From an uncultured Candidatus Saccharibacteria bacterium (GTDB lineage Bacteria; Patescibacteriota; Saccharimonadia; Saccharimonadales; UBA10212), in the NCBI GenBank assembly GCA_964567555.1, contig CAZMNA010000001.1, positions 152,911 to 216,910 on the forward strand: 64,000 nt of DNA, written 5' to 3'. Positions 55,674-64,000 of the stretch are shown here, one piece after another; position 1 is the first letter of the stretch; every line of letters begins with the position of its first letter. A model generated the notes under the pieces. It did not search any database and was not told the DNA's origin. It worked only from the letters and a program-made list of their open reading frames with translations. The position numbers and the translations under genes were made by a program.

Positions 55674-56833
55674 TGAGCCAGAACCAGTCTCCTGGCCGCA
55701 ACAGCGGAGCGGCCGGCTCTGCCGGACGGCAGTCTGTTGCGGCCAGGAGACTGGTGATTGATGCCCGCGAGTCAGGTACAAGCACTGGGCGTTATATTGA
55801 TAAGCTTATAGAGCACTTACATGAGCTAAAACCAACCGAAGAAGTCGTCATTTTGACAAAAACGGACCGATTGGATTTTTTTGCTAGGCTCACGCCAACC
55901 TTTCGGGTAGTCAAGAGCGATTACAAGGAATTCACTTTTGCTGAGCAGATCGGTCTGCTTAAACAGATTAATTCTCTTAAGGCCGACCTGGTGCATTTCC
56001 CAATGGTTCAGCAGCCTGTGCTTTACGGGGGTAGAGTGGTTACGACCATGCAGGATCTCACCACCGTTCGCTTTCGAAACCCAACCAAAAACCCTTTGGT
56101 TTTTTGGCTTAAACAACAGGTCTATAAATGGGTAAACAAGCGCGTGGCCAAAAAATCTAAGTGGCTGATAACGCCCAGTAAATTCGTTAAAGATGATGTG
56201 GTCAGCTATACGGGGGTTTCTCCTTCAAAGATCACAGTTACTTACGAAGCGGCAGACAAAGTTACTGCACCGCCTGAGCCTATTTTTGGCGTGAAAGCAA
56301 ATAAATTTATCGCCTACGTAGGCAGGCCCCTGCCGCATAAAAACCTCAAGCGTTTAGTGGAAGCGTTCGGGCAGCTAAAGGACACTCACCCAGGCTTAAA
56401 GTTAGTCTTGGCCGGCAAAAAAGACAGTTTAATGGAGGGCCTTGAAAAATACGCCGACCAAAAAGGAATTTCCGGTGTAGTTTTCCCGGGTTTTGTCAGC
56501 GACGCCCAGTGGCGCTGGATGTTTGAAAACTGCTCTGCTTACGTCTTCCCGTCTTTATCAGAGGGCTTCGGCCTGCCCGGCCTGGAGGCTATGTTATACG
56601 GTGCACCGGTGGTCAGCTCTAGCGCCACTTGTTTACCAGAAATCTACGGCCAAGCGGCTTTATATTTTGACCCCGAAAACGTAGATGACATGGCCGCCAA
56701 GCTCAAGCAAGTACTTGAAAATGAGAGCTTGCGCCAGGAGCTAATCAAAAAAGGCAAAAAACAAGCTGCTAAATACAGCTGGGCGAAGATGGCCGCCCAA
56801 ACTTACGATGTCTATAAAAAGGTTCTTGGCTAA
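55673..56833 (+). CDS. glycosyltransferase family 4
   Basis: C-terminal PSLSEGFGLPGLEAMLYGAPVV (E-x7-E). Confidence 0.85.
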   Translation: MSQNQSPGRNSGAAGSAGRQSVAARRLVIDARESGTSTGRYIDKLIEHLHELKPTEEVVILTKTDRLDFFARLTPTFRVVKSDYKEFTFAEQIGLLKQINSLKADLVHFPMVQQPVLYGGRVVTTMQDLTTVRFRNPTKNPLVFWLKQQVYKWVNKRVAKKSKWLITPSKFVKDDVVSYTGVSPSKITVTYEAADKVTAPPEPIFGVKANKFIAYVGRPLPHKNLKRLVEAFGQLKDTHPGLKLVLAGKKDSLMEGLEKYADQKGISGVVFPGFVSDAQWRWMFENCSAYVFPSLSEGFGLPGLEAMLYGAPVVSSSATCLPEIYGQAALYFDPENVDDMAAKLKQVLENESLRQELIKKGKKQAAKYSWAKMAAQTYDVYKKVLG

Positions 56834-56836
56834 ATA

Positions 56837-58357
56837 GTGAGCTGGCGGACAAAAATTATGAGAGTTTTACGTTCAAAGCACTTTTTTTGGGCAATTATGG
56901 CTTTATTTATTCTGGAATCTACCTGGATTGCTGTCTCGGCCGTTTACCCAATGGTGTTCGATGAAAATACCCATCTTGGTATCATCAAGCTTCATACGCA
57001 TACCTGGAGCCCAGTATTTCTACATCAGCCAACCAATGCCGGCTTTGCTGGGGAGTTAACCCGCAACCCGTCATATCTATATCATTATTTGATGAGCTTC
57101 CCTTATCGGGTGTTAGCCAGTCTTACCAGTAGTTCTATGGCTCAGATTATAGGTTTGCGTTTTATAAATATTGGTCTGTTCGCCAGCTCACTCGTGCTGT
57201 TTCGCCGTGTCTTGCTAAAAGCGCGAGCTTCACAAGCGATGACAAACGTAATTTTATTATTTTTTGTGCTTATACCGGTCGTACCGCTGTTGGCGGCCCA
57301 AATTAACTACGATAACTTAATCATGCCGCTGGCTGGGCTGGCGTTCTTGTTAGCCATGGCTGTAAACGAACGCCTATCCGCCCTTGGGCGCAGATTACCA
57401 ATTAACCTACTGCTAGGTTTACTGACGGTATGTCTGTTTGGTAGCTTGGTCCAAATTGAGTTTTTACCAATATTTGCCTCGGTTATTTTATGGCTAAGCT
57501 GGTGTATATGGAAGTGGACAAAATCCAATCGTTTAAAATTTTGGCCTACCCTAAACACAAGCTGGCGTGAGAATAGCTTGCGAAATAAGCTAGCCCTGGC
57601 CGTACCACTGATTGTTGCCGTAACACTTTTTATCCAGATGTATGGGGTTAACCTGGCAGTCTATCATAGCCTTATACCGCAGTGTAACCAGGTGATAAGT
57701 GCTCAGGAATGCTCTCAAAACGGTAGTTGGGAGCGCAGTCACTTGGCTCAAATCCATAAAGTCAGAGCAGACAACAACCCTCTATCGTATAGCATTGGTT
57801 GGACATACCGATTGGCTGTTAGCCTTTTTTACACCTCTAGCGGTGGAGCCCGAAAAGCCTACTATTTAAGTATTAATCCATTGCCAACAGTTTTTATAAC
57901 TGCCTTGGCAGGCTTTGGGCTCGGCTTGGTCTTGGCCTTGCGTTATTGGCGAAGAATTTTGGGTCTTTACCCTCATGTTAAATTATTTTTGTTAGCTGGC
58001 GGGCTATATACGGTAGCACTCTGGATCAACAATGACCGCGATTATTTACACACCGGTATAAAGGTGGGGATTAACGGACGCTATTTATTGCCAATTGTGC
58101 CACTTTGTTTATTCGTCCTCCTACTTGGCTACCAGCAACTATTGAAGGGTCGCTCTAGCTTGAGATTGGGAGTCTTTGCCATCGCGTTTTTGCTCTTTTT
58201 ACAAGGTGGTGGTGCCCTAACTTACCTGGTATATAGCAATAGTGCATGGTACTGGCAAAAACCGGCAATCGTTCGCCTGAATCGTAATATCCAGCACGTT
58301 GTTAAACCTTTGGTAATACTAAAGTCTCCCATGCCAGTTATAAGTGGCCTAAAGTAG
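56837..58357 (+). CDS. polytopic membrane protein, GT-C-like; paralog of 39703-41109
   Basis: Shares its first-loop and NP..LYHYL motifs with 39703-41109. About 12 TMs. Confidence 0.5.
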   Translation: MSWRTKIMRVLRSKHFFWAIMALFILESTWIAVSAVYPMVFDENTHLGIIKLHTHTWSPVFLHQPTNAGFAGELTRNPSYLYHYLMSFPYRVLASLTSSSMAQIIGLRFINIGLFASSLVLFRRVLLKARASQAMTNVILLFFVLIPVVPLLAAQINYDNLIMPLAGLAFLLAMAVNERLSALGRRLPINLLLGLLTVCLFGSLVQIEFLPIFASVILWLSWCIWKWTKSNRLKFWPTLNTSWRENSLRNKLALAVPLIVAVTLFIQMYGVNLAVYHSLIPQCNQVISAQECSQNGSWERSHLAQIHKVRADNNPLSYSIGWTYRLAVSLFYTSSGGARKAYYLSINPLPTVFITALAGFGLGLVLALRYWRRILGLYPHVKLFLLAGGLYTVALWINNDRDYLHTGIKVGINGRYLLPIVPLCLFVLLLGYQQLLKGRSSLRLGVFAIAFLLFLQGGGALTYLVYSNSAWYWQKPAIVRLNRNIQHVVKPLVILKSPMPVISGLK

Positions 58358-58367
58358 CTGCTTGGGC

Positions 58368-58844
58368 TCAACTGGCTGGGCGCAACACGATGTGGCGTTC
58401 GCGTCCTTCGCCAACTGATTCGCTAGACAAACCATAATCCACTGCCGCTTTATGAATAGTGCGCCGGTCGGCCGCATTCATGGGCTCTAGTTCTTTGGCC
58501 TCTCCACTGTCTCTGACGTGCTTAAACCAGTCCTCGGCCTGTTTTGCCAGCCGCTCAGCCCGGCTTTTTTTATAACCGGCGATGTCCACGTTCACCCGCG
58601 TATGCGCGTAATCAGCACTTCTTAGGGCTGAGCTGACCATAAATTGCAGTGACCGCATGGTGTCGCCATTATGCCCGATTAAAAAGCCGTTTAGGTGGGT
58701 GGAGGGTATATCCAGTTCAATTACTTCACCATCTTCAGTCGTTGCATAAACATCAGTGTTGAGCCCAAAAAAACTAAGTAAATCTTCAATATACTTCTTG
58801 GCAAATAGTATTGCCTGCTCGATATCGTCTTTGGCTTCTGCCAT
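58368..58844 (-). CDS. jag: Jag/KhpB RNA-binding protein (KH + R3H domains)
   Basis: R3H region LEPMNAADRRTIHKAAVDY. Conserved position downstream of yidC. Confidence 0.85.
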   Translation of the reverse strand: MAEAKDDIEQAILFAKKYIEDLLSFFGLNTDVYATTEDGEVIELDIPSTHLNGFLIGHNGDTMRSLQFMVSSALRSADYAHTRVNVDIAGYKKSRAERLAKQAEDWFKHVRDSGEAKELEPMNAADRRTIHKAAVDYGLSSESVGEGRERHIVLRPAS

Positions 58845-59735
58845 TTAGTGCCTCCTTCTTCTACCTTGGTGCTGTTTTTTAGGTTGAGGCTTTTTAATTT
58901 TTGGTTTTTGTTCGGGCACATTAGCATCTGCTTCGGCGGTGTCCTCCCTAAGCAGTCTGGATTGCTGAACGTAGGCCACCGCACTGGAGCTTAGCCAGTA
59001 AAGCGGCAGGCTTGCGGCTAGTCTTAGTGATATAAAAAACACCATGAACGGAATAAAATACTGCGTACCTTTAGTGACGGCCGCGTTGACTTCGGCTTGG
59101 TCGGCTTTTTGGCCTTTATTTGCCTCCGATAGGATTGATTTTAAGCTGCGCGCATCTTTGGGCTGAGGCATAAGTTGGCGGGCTTGGAAAAACTGAGCCA
59201 GAGCACTCAAAATTATAATTACCATTGCTGCCCAGTAAATACCGCCGGTTTCTACGGCCGTCCGCGATAGATTCACAACGCCAAATAAAGTGTTATCAAA
59301 GGCGTGAATATTGGTAGCCAGGTGCTTCATCCAGGAAAGATGATGGAGCCAAGAGTATGAAAAAGTTAGAAGTGAGTGCGGGTCCTTGATGATCCGCCTT
59401 AACCCCGCGTAAAGTCCAAATAGTATCGGGATCTGGATTATTAAAACGCCAATTGAGGCAAACGGATTTATCTCCTTTTCGCGGTAGAGTTCCATGGTCA
59501 GCTTGGACTCTTTGGCACGATCGCCCTTGGCGGCAGCCTTGATTTTTTTAATTTCCGGCGCTAGCTCGCGCATGGCTTTTGCCTGCGTAATTTGAGATTT
59601 GACGAGCGGCCACATTAGTAAACGGATAATCACGGTAAATATAATGATAGCCAGGCCGAAGTTATGGCCGGGCAGCAGCGCGTAGATAAGTACCAGCAGG
59701 TTAAAAATCGGCTGGACGATTATTGTAGTAAACAC
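58845..59735 (-). CDS. yidC: membrane protein insertase YidC (short, Gram-positive type)
   Basis: LIIFTVIIRLLMWPL...Q...M..L.PE..KI, with 5 TMs and a basic C-terminal tail. Confidence 0.9.
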   Translation of the reverse strand: MFTTIIVQPIFNLLVLIYALLPGHNFGLAIIIFTVIIRLLMWPLVKSQITQAKAMRELAPEIKKIKAAAKGDRAKESKLTMELYREKEINPFASIGVLIIQIPILFGLYAGLRRIIKDPHSLLTFSYSWLHHLSWMKHLATNIHAFDNTLFGVVNLSRTAVETGGIYWAAMVIIILSALAQFFQARQLMPQPKDARSLKSILSEANKGQKADQAEVNAAVTKGTQYFIPFMVFFISLRLAASLPLYWLSSSAVAYVQQSRLLREDTAEADANVPEQKPKIKKPQPKKQHQGRRRRH

Positions 59736-59787
59736 CCTGAAATCAATCCCCTAGATTTAGTAATAATATTAGCATAAGATAGCCGTC

Positions 59788-60147
59788 TTAAGCTTGGTTG
59801 GCGCGTTCGGCGGTGGCTTGTTTGAGCTGGCGGCGCATCTGTTTGGCCACGGTTTCAAACGGCTCAGCGGCCACCTCGTTACTAAAAACATTAACGACGA
59901 TGTCATAGGGACCGCCAATCACTCCTTCGTTTAGGCGGATAGCTTCATAAAGGCGGCGCCGGATACGGTTTCTGGCCACAGCAGATTTGTTGACCTTCCG
60001 CCCTACCACAATGGCTGCTCGGTAGTTTTTTCGGCGGTCGTTTTGGCGGACTTTTACCAAAAACAGCGGCCCCCGCACGGTTTGACCGTAGTTATAAACC
60101 ATCTTTAGCGAACCGTAGCCATGAAAACGATGCCGTCTATTTAACAC
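59788..60147 (-). CDS. rnpA: ribonuclease P protein component
   Basis: KSAVARNRIRRRLYEAIR is the RNR motif. Position between rpmH and yidC. GTG start is tentative. Confidence 0.85.
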   Translation of the reverse strand: MLNRRHRFHGYGSLKMVYNYGQTVRGPLFLVKVRQNDRRKNYRAAIVVGRKVNKSAVARNRIRRRLYEAIRLNEGVIGGPYDIVVNVFSNEVAAEPFETVAKQMRRQLKQATAERANQA

Positions 60148-60163
60148 TCCCTTAGTTTAACTG

Positions 60164-60235
60164 GGAAGAGCAGCCTGAGCAAAAATCGCACTTTTTGCCC
60201 AGCGCGATGAGAAACCCATGAAATGGGTGTCTCAT
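60164..60235. repeat. copy B of the two-hairpin element; fills the rpmH-rnpA intergenic spacer
   Basis: GGAAGAGCAGCCTGAGCAAAAATCGCACTTTTTGCCCAG...ATGAGAAACCCATGAAATGGGTGTCTCAT. It ends 1 nt from the rpmH stop codon. Confidence 0.6.
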
Positions 60236-60236
60236 G

Positions 60237-60374
60237 CTAGTGGCTTAGACGCGTCCGGCCTTTGGCGCGGCGGCGGGCTAGTATTTTTCTACCGGCCTTG
60301 GTAGCCATTCTTTTGGCAAAGCCGTGCTCGCGTTTTTTATGGCGATTTTTGGGTTGAAAGGTCCTTTTTGGCAT
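60237..60374 (-). CDS. rpmH: 50S ribosomal protein L34 (not in the supplied ORF track)
   Basis: Minus-strand translation is [45 protein letters not shown]. Confidence 0.92.
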   Translation of the reverse strand: MPKRTFQPKNRHKKREHGFAKRMATKAGRKILARRRAKGRTRLSH

Positions 60375-60401
60375 GACGACACTTTATCACAAAGTGTCGT
60401 C
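60375..60401. promoter_or_regulatory. perfect 11-bp inverted repeat abutting the rpmH start codon
   Basis: GACGACACTTT-atcac-AAAGTGTCGTC lies immediately 5' of the rpmH ATG on the minus strand. There is no SD between them. Confidence 0.5.
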
Positions 60402-60441
60402 AAATAGTGGTATGCTTTTAAATTTTTGCTAGGCTTTTAGT

Positions 60442-60696
60442 ATGTTTTACACCTACGTACTGCGTAGCAAAAAAGACAAGGGTTTATATGTTGGTTGCAC
60501 GAAAAATTTAAAAGCCAGACTTGAGGAACACAACAAAGGACGGGTACCGTCCACAAAAAATCGTCGCCCATTTGAAGTCATATGCTTTGAGGTTTGCCGA
60601 AACCTAAGCGATGCTAGAAGACGTGAAATATATCTGAAAACATACTGGGGAAAGATGTATTTAGGCAAGCGCCTCAAGTCTGATACCACAGGATGA
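60442..60696 (+). CDS. GIY-YIG nuclease-family small protein (UPF0213-like)
   Basis: FYTYVLRSKKDKGLYVGCTKNLKARLEEHN is the GIY-YIG motif. Confidence 0.85.
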   Translation: MFYTYVLRSKKDKGLYVGCTKNLKARLEEHNKGRVPSTKNRRPFEVICFEVCRNLSDARRREIYLKTYWGKMYLGKRLKSDTTG

Positions 60697-60724
60697 ATTT
60701 TTGTAAAGCAGTAGGGTGAAATTG

Positions 60725-60880
60725 ACTACAAAAATTCACAAATCTTAGCAGTTTTTCCACTCTTGCGCTAATCTTATCCACATATTTACAGATAGGAGAC
60801 TGGGCTGTGCACAAAGTAATAGATTAGCGGGCGCAAGTTAGCTCCACGTGTAGTGTTTTTTGATAATCCTGTGGAAAAGT
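60725..60880. other. DnaA-box cluster upstream of dnaA (oriC part 1 / dnaA promoter region)
   Basis: Perfect TTATCCACA at 60774-60782, TGTGGAAAA at 60870-60878, TTTTCCACT at 60753-60761, and weaker TTCACA/TGTGCACA sites. Confidence 0.7.
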
Positions 60881-60949
60881 CCGTTGCCAAGGTCTATATT
60901 AGGGGCTAAGAGCACGCAAAATTATGCGAAAAGATAGAGGTTAGATCAT

Positions 60950-62314
60950 ATGCAAGAGGGCGCGCTGTGGAAAGCGGTCTTAGGTGAAATTGAGTTGTCT
61001 ATTTCAAGGGGACATTTCATCACCTGGTTCGGTAACACACAGTTAATGAGGGTGCGCGATAGCCAGGTAGTGATTGGTGTACCCAATATCTTTATAAAAA
61101 ATCAGCTGGAGAAAAAATATAACGACCTAATTGCTAAAGTCCTGGCCAAAAACGGGGTTGCTACCCCAGAAATAGAATATAAAATCCACACTGGCATAAG
61201 TGTTGATCCCAAAAAAGAAGAACCGCTGCTTGGCGGCTCATCCGAGCCGGCACCAGCGCCCAGCCGACCGGCTGTGTCGTCTATGGCCCGCTCTTACCGC
61301 CAGGGCTTAAATGAACGCTATACGTTCGAAAATTTTGTGGTTGGTGCTGGTAATGAGCTGGCCTACGCGGCTTGCCAAGCCATAATCGCCAAGCCAACCA
61401 AATATAATCCGCTGTTTGTATATGGCGGCGTTGGCATTGGCAAAACCCACCTAATCCAAGCTCTTGGTAACGCCGTTTTGCTCGCTAAACCAGACGCCAA
61501 GGTCGTTTATGCCTCTACTGAACAGTTTGTCCAAGAATTTGTGGACGCTATCCGCTACAAGAAAAATACTTCGGAATTTGCTGACTATTACCGAAGTGCC
61601 GATGTTTTGATTGTAGATGATGTCCAGTTCTTGGCCGGCAAAGAACGCGTCCAGGAGGAGTTTTTCCATACTTTTAATGCCCTGCACCAAGCCAACCGCC
61701 AGATTATTATGAGCTCTGATAAGCCGCCCAAAGACATCCCGACCTTGGAGGAGCGGCTACGTTCCCGTTTTGCTTGGGGCATGAGCATTGATATGCAATC
61801 GCCGGATTTTGAAACCCGCTGTGCCATTTTGCAAAGCAAAGCCGCCGAGTCCGGTATTGAGTTGCCAAATGAAGTTGTAGAGTTTTTGGCCGCCCGTGTC
61901 CAAAACAACATCCGCGAGCTAGAGGGGGCCCTAAACCAGGTAGTGGCTTACTGTGAGATGCGCGGCGTGGAACCAACAATTGAAGTCGTAACAAATATGT
62001 TTGAAGCTCAGGCTAACAGGCCGCGGCACATCAGCCCGCGCCAAATCATTGAGAAAACCGCTAAATATTTCCATATTTCTATAGAAGAGATTTTGGGCCC
62101 CAAGCGCGACAAAGATATAGTGGTACCCCGCCAGGTGGCCATGTATATGCTCAGAAACGAGCTCCACCTTTCATTCCCTAAAATCGCTCATGAACTTGGC
62201 CGCAAAGATCACACCACCGCCATCCACTCCATAGAAAAAATTCAAAAAGAATCGTCATACGACGGGCCGGTACGTACTTACGTTAGTGAGCTACGGGAGA
62301 AACTTTATGTCTAG
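60950..62314 (+). CDS. dnaA: chromosomal replication initiator protein DnaA
   Basis: Walker A GGVGIGKTHL, box VII SDKPPKDI...RLRSRF, and C-terminal DNA-binding HTTAIHS. Confidence 0.97.
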   Translation: MQEGALWKAVLGEIELSISRGHFITWFGNTQLMRVRDSQVVIGVPNIFIKNQLEKKYNDLIAKVLAKNGVATPEIEYKIHTGISVDPKKEEPLLGGSSEPAPAPSRPAVSSMARSYRQGLNERYTFENFVVGAGNELAYAACQAIIAKPTKYNPLFVYGGVGIGKTHLIQALGNAVLLAKPDAKVVYASTEQFVQEFVDAIRYKKNTSEFADYYRSADVLIVDDVQFLAGKERVQEEFFHTFNALHQANRQIIMSSDKPPKDIPTLEERLRSRFAWGMSIDMQSPDFETRCAILQSKAAESGIELPNEVVEFLAARVQNNIRELEGALNQVVAYCEMRGVEPTIEVVTNMFEAQANRPRHISPRQIIEKTAKYFHISIEEILGPKRDKDIVVPRQVAMYMLRNELHLSFPKIAHELGRKDHTTAIHSIEKIQKESSYDGPVRTYVSELREKLYV

Positions 62315-62324
62315 GGCTTGGTTA

Positions 62325-62581
62325 AAAGCCGTGGAAAACCGCCGGGAAGCCAAGGAAAACCCACCGGCTTTATCCACCGCTTCCACAGGCAGTCTGTCAA
62401 AAATCCCACATTCGCCTGTTTTTATACCAACTTTTTCCCTAGCTTTTTCACAAGCCAAGCTGATTTTTACACAACTGTTTGACCTAAAATTTCCTCTGTT
62501 AGGGTGGTTTTCTTACACACTTTCCACTGCACCTACTGCAGCTATTAAATTATTAAATAAGTATTAGAAGTAGTTATAAAT
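62325..62581. other. dnaA-dnaN intergenic DnaA-box cluster plus an AT-rich unwinding-element candidate (oriC part 2)
   Basis: GTGGAAAAC, TTATCCACC (62369-62377), TTCCACA, ATCCCACA, TTTTTCACA, TTTTACACA, TTCTTACACA and TTTCCACT, then the AT-rich run 62543-62581. Confidence 0.7.
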
Positions 62582-63673
62582 ATGAAAGTCCAAGTTACTC
62601 AAGCCAACTTAGCCCGCGCACTTAACACAGTTGCGCGCGTTGCGAGTGTGCGTGGCACCTTGCCAATTTTGGCAAACGTTTTGCTCAAAACAGAATCAGG
62701 CCGCCTAAACATAATGGCCACCAACCTAGATGTGGCTATTAGCCATTTTGTTGGCACAAAGGTAGAAAAAGAAGGCGCCATAACTGTGCCAGCCCGTCTA
62801 ATGCAGGATTTTGTCACCAACCTGCCAGAAGACGTCATAAATCTGGAAGTTGAAGACAAAAAACTATCTGTTAAAACCGACCGGTATAATTCGGTAATTA
62901 ACGGTATTGAGGCCGATGACTTCCCGCTAATGCCGGCTATTAGCTCGGCGGCAAGCTGGAAGGTACCGACGGCCGACTTTAAGTCCGCGCTTTCAAAGGT
63001 TGTGTTTGCGGCTTCGGCTGACGATGCGCGGCCGGTTCTAACAGGTGTGTATTTCAAATCAGCCGGTGGCGAGGTAAACGTTGCTGCCACCGATAGCTAT
63101 CGTCTGGCCGAAGCCAAGGTCGGTAAGTCCGCCAGCGATGTCGAATTTTTAGTACCCGGCGGAGCGATTAATGACCTACTCAGAATCATCAGCGACAATG
63201 AAAAAGAAGTAGTTGTTAAGCACGACGATCAGCAAGTGCAGTTTAGTTCGGGTGACGTGACTTTAGTGGCACGCTTAATAGAGGGCACCTACCCCGACTA
63301 TAAAAAACTCATTCCAACCAAATTTGCGACTACCGCTAGGCTCTCACGCGATGATTTTTTGGGTGTCACCAAAGTCTCTGCGTTGTTTGCCCGCGAAAGC
63401 GCCGGCTCAGTGACCGTATCTGTCAGCAAAGCTAGCGGCCAACTAAGCATCAACGCTGTTGCTGCTCAGCTTGGGGAAAACACCGCCAAAGCCGATGCTA
63501 AGGTCTCAGGTGACGGCGAAGTCACTCTAAACTCCCGCTATTTGGCAGAGGCCTTAGGCGCCTTTAGTGCTGACGAAGTTGAATTTTGCTTTAACGGCAA
63601 GCTAGAACCTTGTGTGCTCAGAAGTCTTAAAGAAGCCGACTACCTGCACTTGATAATGCCGCTTCGCAGCTAA
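62582..63673 (+). CDS. dnaN: DNA polymerase III beta subunit (sliding clamp)
   Basis: 363 aa with a typical N-terminus (MKVQVTQANLARAL...) and PILANVLL. Position after dnaA. Confidence 0.95.
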   Translation: MKVQVTQANLARALNTVARVASVRGTLPILANVLLKTESGRLNIMATNLDVAISHFVGTKVEKEGAITVPARLMQDFVTNLPEDVINLEVEDKKLSVKTDRYNSVINGIEADDFPLMPAISSAASWKVPTADFKSALSKVVFAASADDARPVLTGVYFKSAGGEVNVAATDSYRLAEAKVGKSASDVEFLVPGGAINDLLRIISDNEKEVVVKHDDQQVQFSSGDVTLVARLIEGTYPDYKKLIPTKFATTARLSRDDFLGVTKVSALFARESAGSVTVSVSKASGQLSINAVAAQLGENTAKADAKVSGDGEVTLNSRYLAEALGAFSADEVEFCFNGKLEPCVLRSLKEADYLHLIMPLRS

Positions 63674-63704
63674 AAGCAACGCGCTAAAGAGTAAACTAGA
63701 AGCT

Positions 63705-64000
63705 ATGATAAGCAGCGTTCGTCTGCAAAACTTTCGCTCTTACCGCGATCAAAGTTTTGAATTCGCGCCATCGGTCAACATCATAGTTGGTCCTAACGCC
63801 AGCGGTAAAACCAACCTCCTTGAAGCGGTTGCTGTGCTGGCAACTGGTACATCTGCCCGCGCCAAAGACGAGGAGCTTATAGCCACTGGCAAAGACTGGG
63901 CGCGCCTGGAGGGCAACTTTGATAATGAAACCCGGACCATAAAGCTAACCAAAATCAGCCCGGCCAAAACAACTACCATTAACGGCAAGACCTACCGGCG
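63705..64000 (+). CDS. recF: DNA replication/repair protein RecF, N-terminal part (runs off the window)
   Basis: MISSVRLQNFRSYRDQSFEF...VGPNASGKTNLLEA (Walker A). The ORF is open to the window end. Confidence 0.9.
   Translation, partial: MISSVRLQNFRSYRDQSFEFAPSVNIIVGPNASGKTNLLEAVAVLATGTSARAKDEELIATGKDWARLEGNFDNETRTIKLTKISPAKTTTINGKTYR

Noticed and set aside
62286-62567. 93-aa ORF between dnaA and dnaN
   Set aside because: It lies wholly within the DnaA-box array and AT-rich origin region. It overlaps the dnaA 3' end and has no start-site signals or recognisable domain.

Overview
The gene content looks like a small-genome, Gram-positive-type bacterium, possibly CPR/Patescibacteria and Saccharibacteria-like. 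That placement is an inference from gene content only. The right end holds the chromosomal origin: jag-yidC-rnpA-rpmH on the minus strand, then dnaA-dnaN-recF on the plus strand, with DnaA-box clusters on both sides of dnaA.

Layout from left to right:
- 1-3.5 kb: an NRAMP transporter, a K+/H+-type antiporter, and a cobalamin-riboswitch-controlled DUF4430/DUF6580 pair.
- 3.7-10.4 kb: tRNA-Asn followed by an accessory stretch of small genes, each punctuated by a degenerate motif resembling a tRNA 3' end.
- 10.4-21 kb: core metabolism and housekeeping, including an HD-domain protein, phosphoketolase, acetate kinase, a class V aminotransferase, IPP isomerase, PAP2 and an MFS transporter.
- 21-58 kb: a very large rhamnose-containing cell-envelope glycan locus. 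It carries rmlABCD, galU, a phosphomutase, a WbaP-type initiator, many GT2/GT4 enzymes, three GT-C-like membrane proteins, a Wzm/Wzt ABC exporter and an amino-sugar modification module. A RelE/Phd toxin-antitoxin pair sits inside the rml genes.

I saw no rRNA, CRISPR array, transposase or integrase.

The observations most worth a second look are:
- the cassette-like array next to tRNA-Asn;
- a leader-peptide/terminator-antiterminator element at 8.6-8.77 kb;
- a two-hairpin element present in two copies, 56 kb apart, that differ by a compensatory base-pair change;
- an orphan purC with an in-frame TGA;
- GGACTNN heptad repeats upstream of rmlA;
- a recurrent '-10 box 6-9 nt before the start codon' arrangement that suggests leaderless mRNAs.
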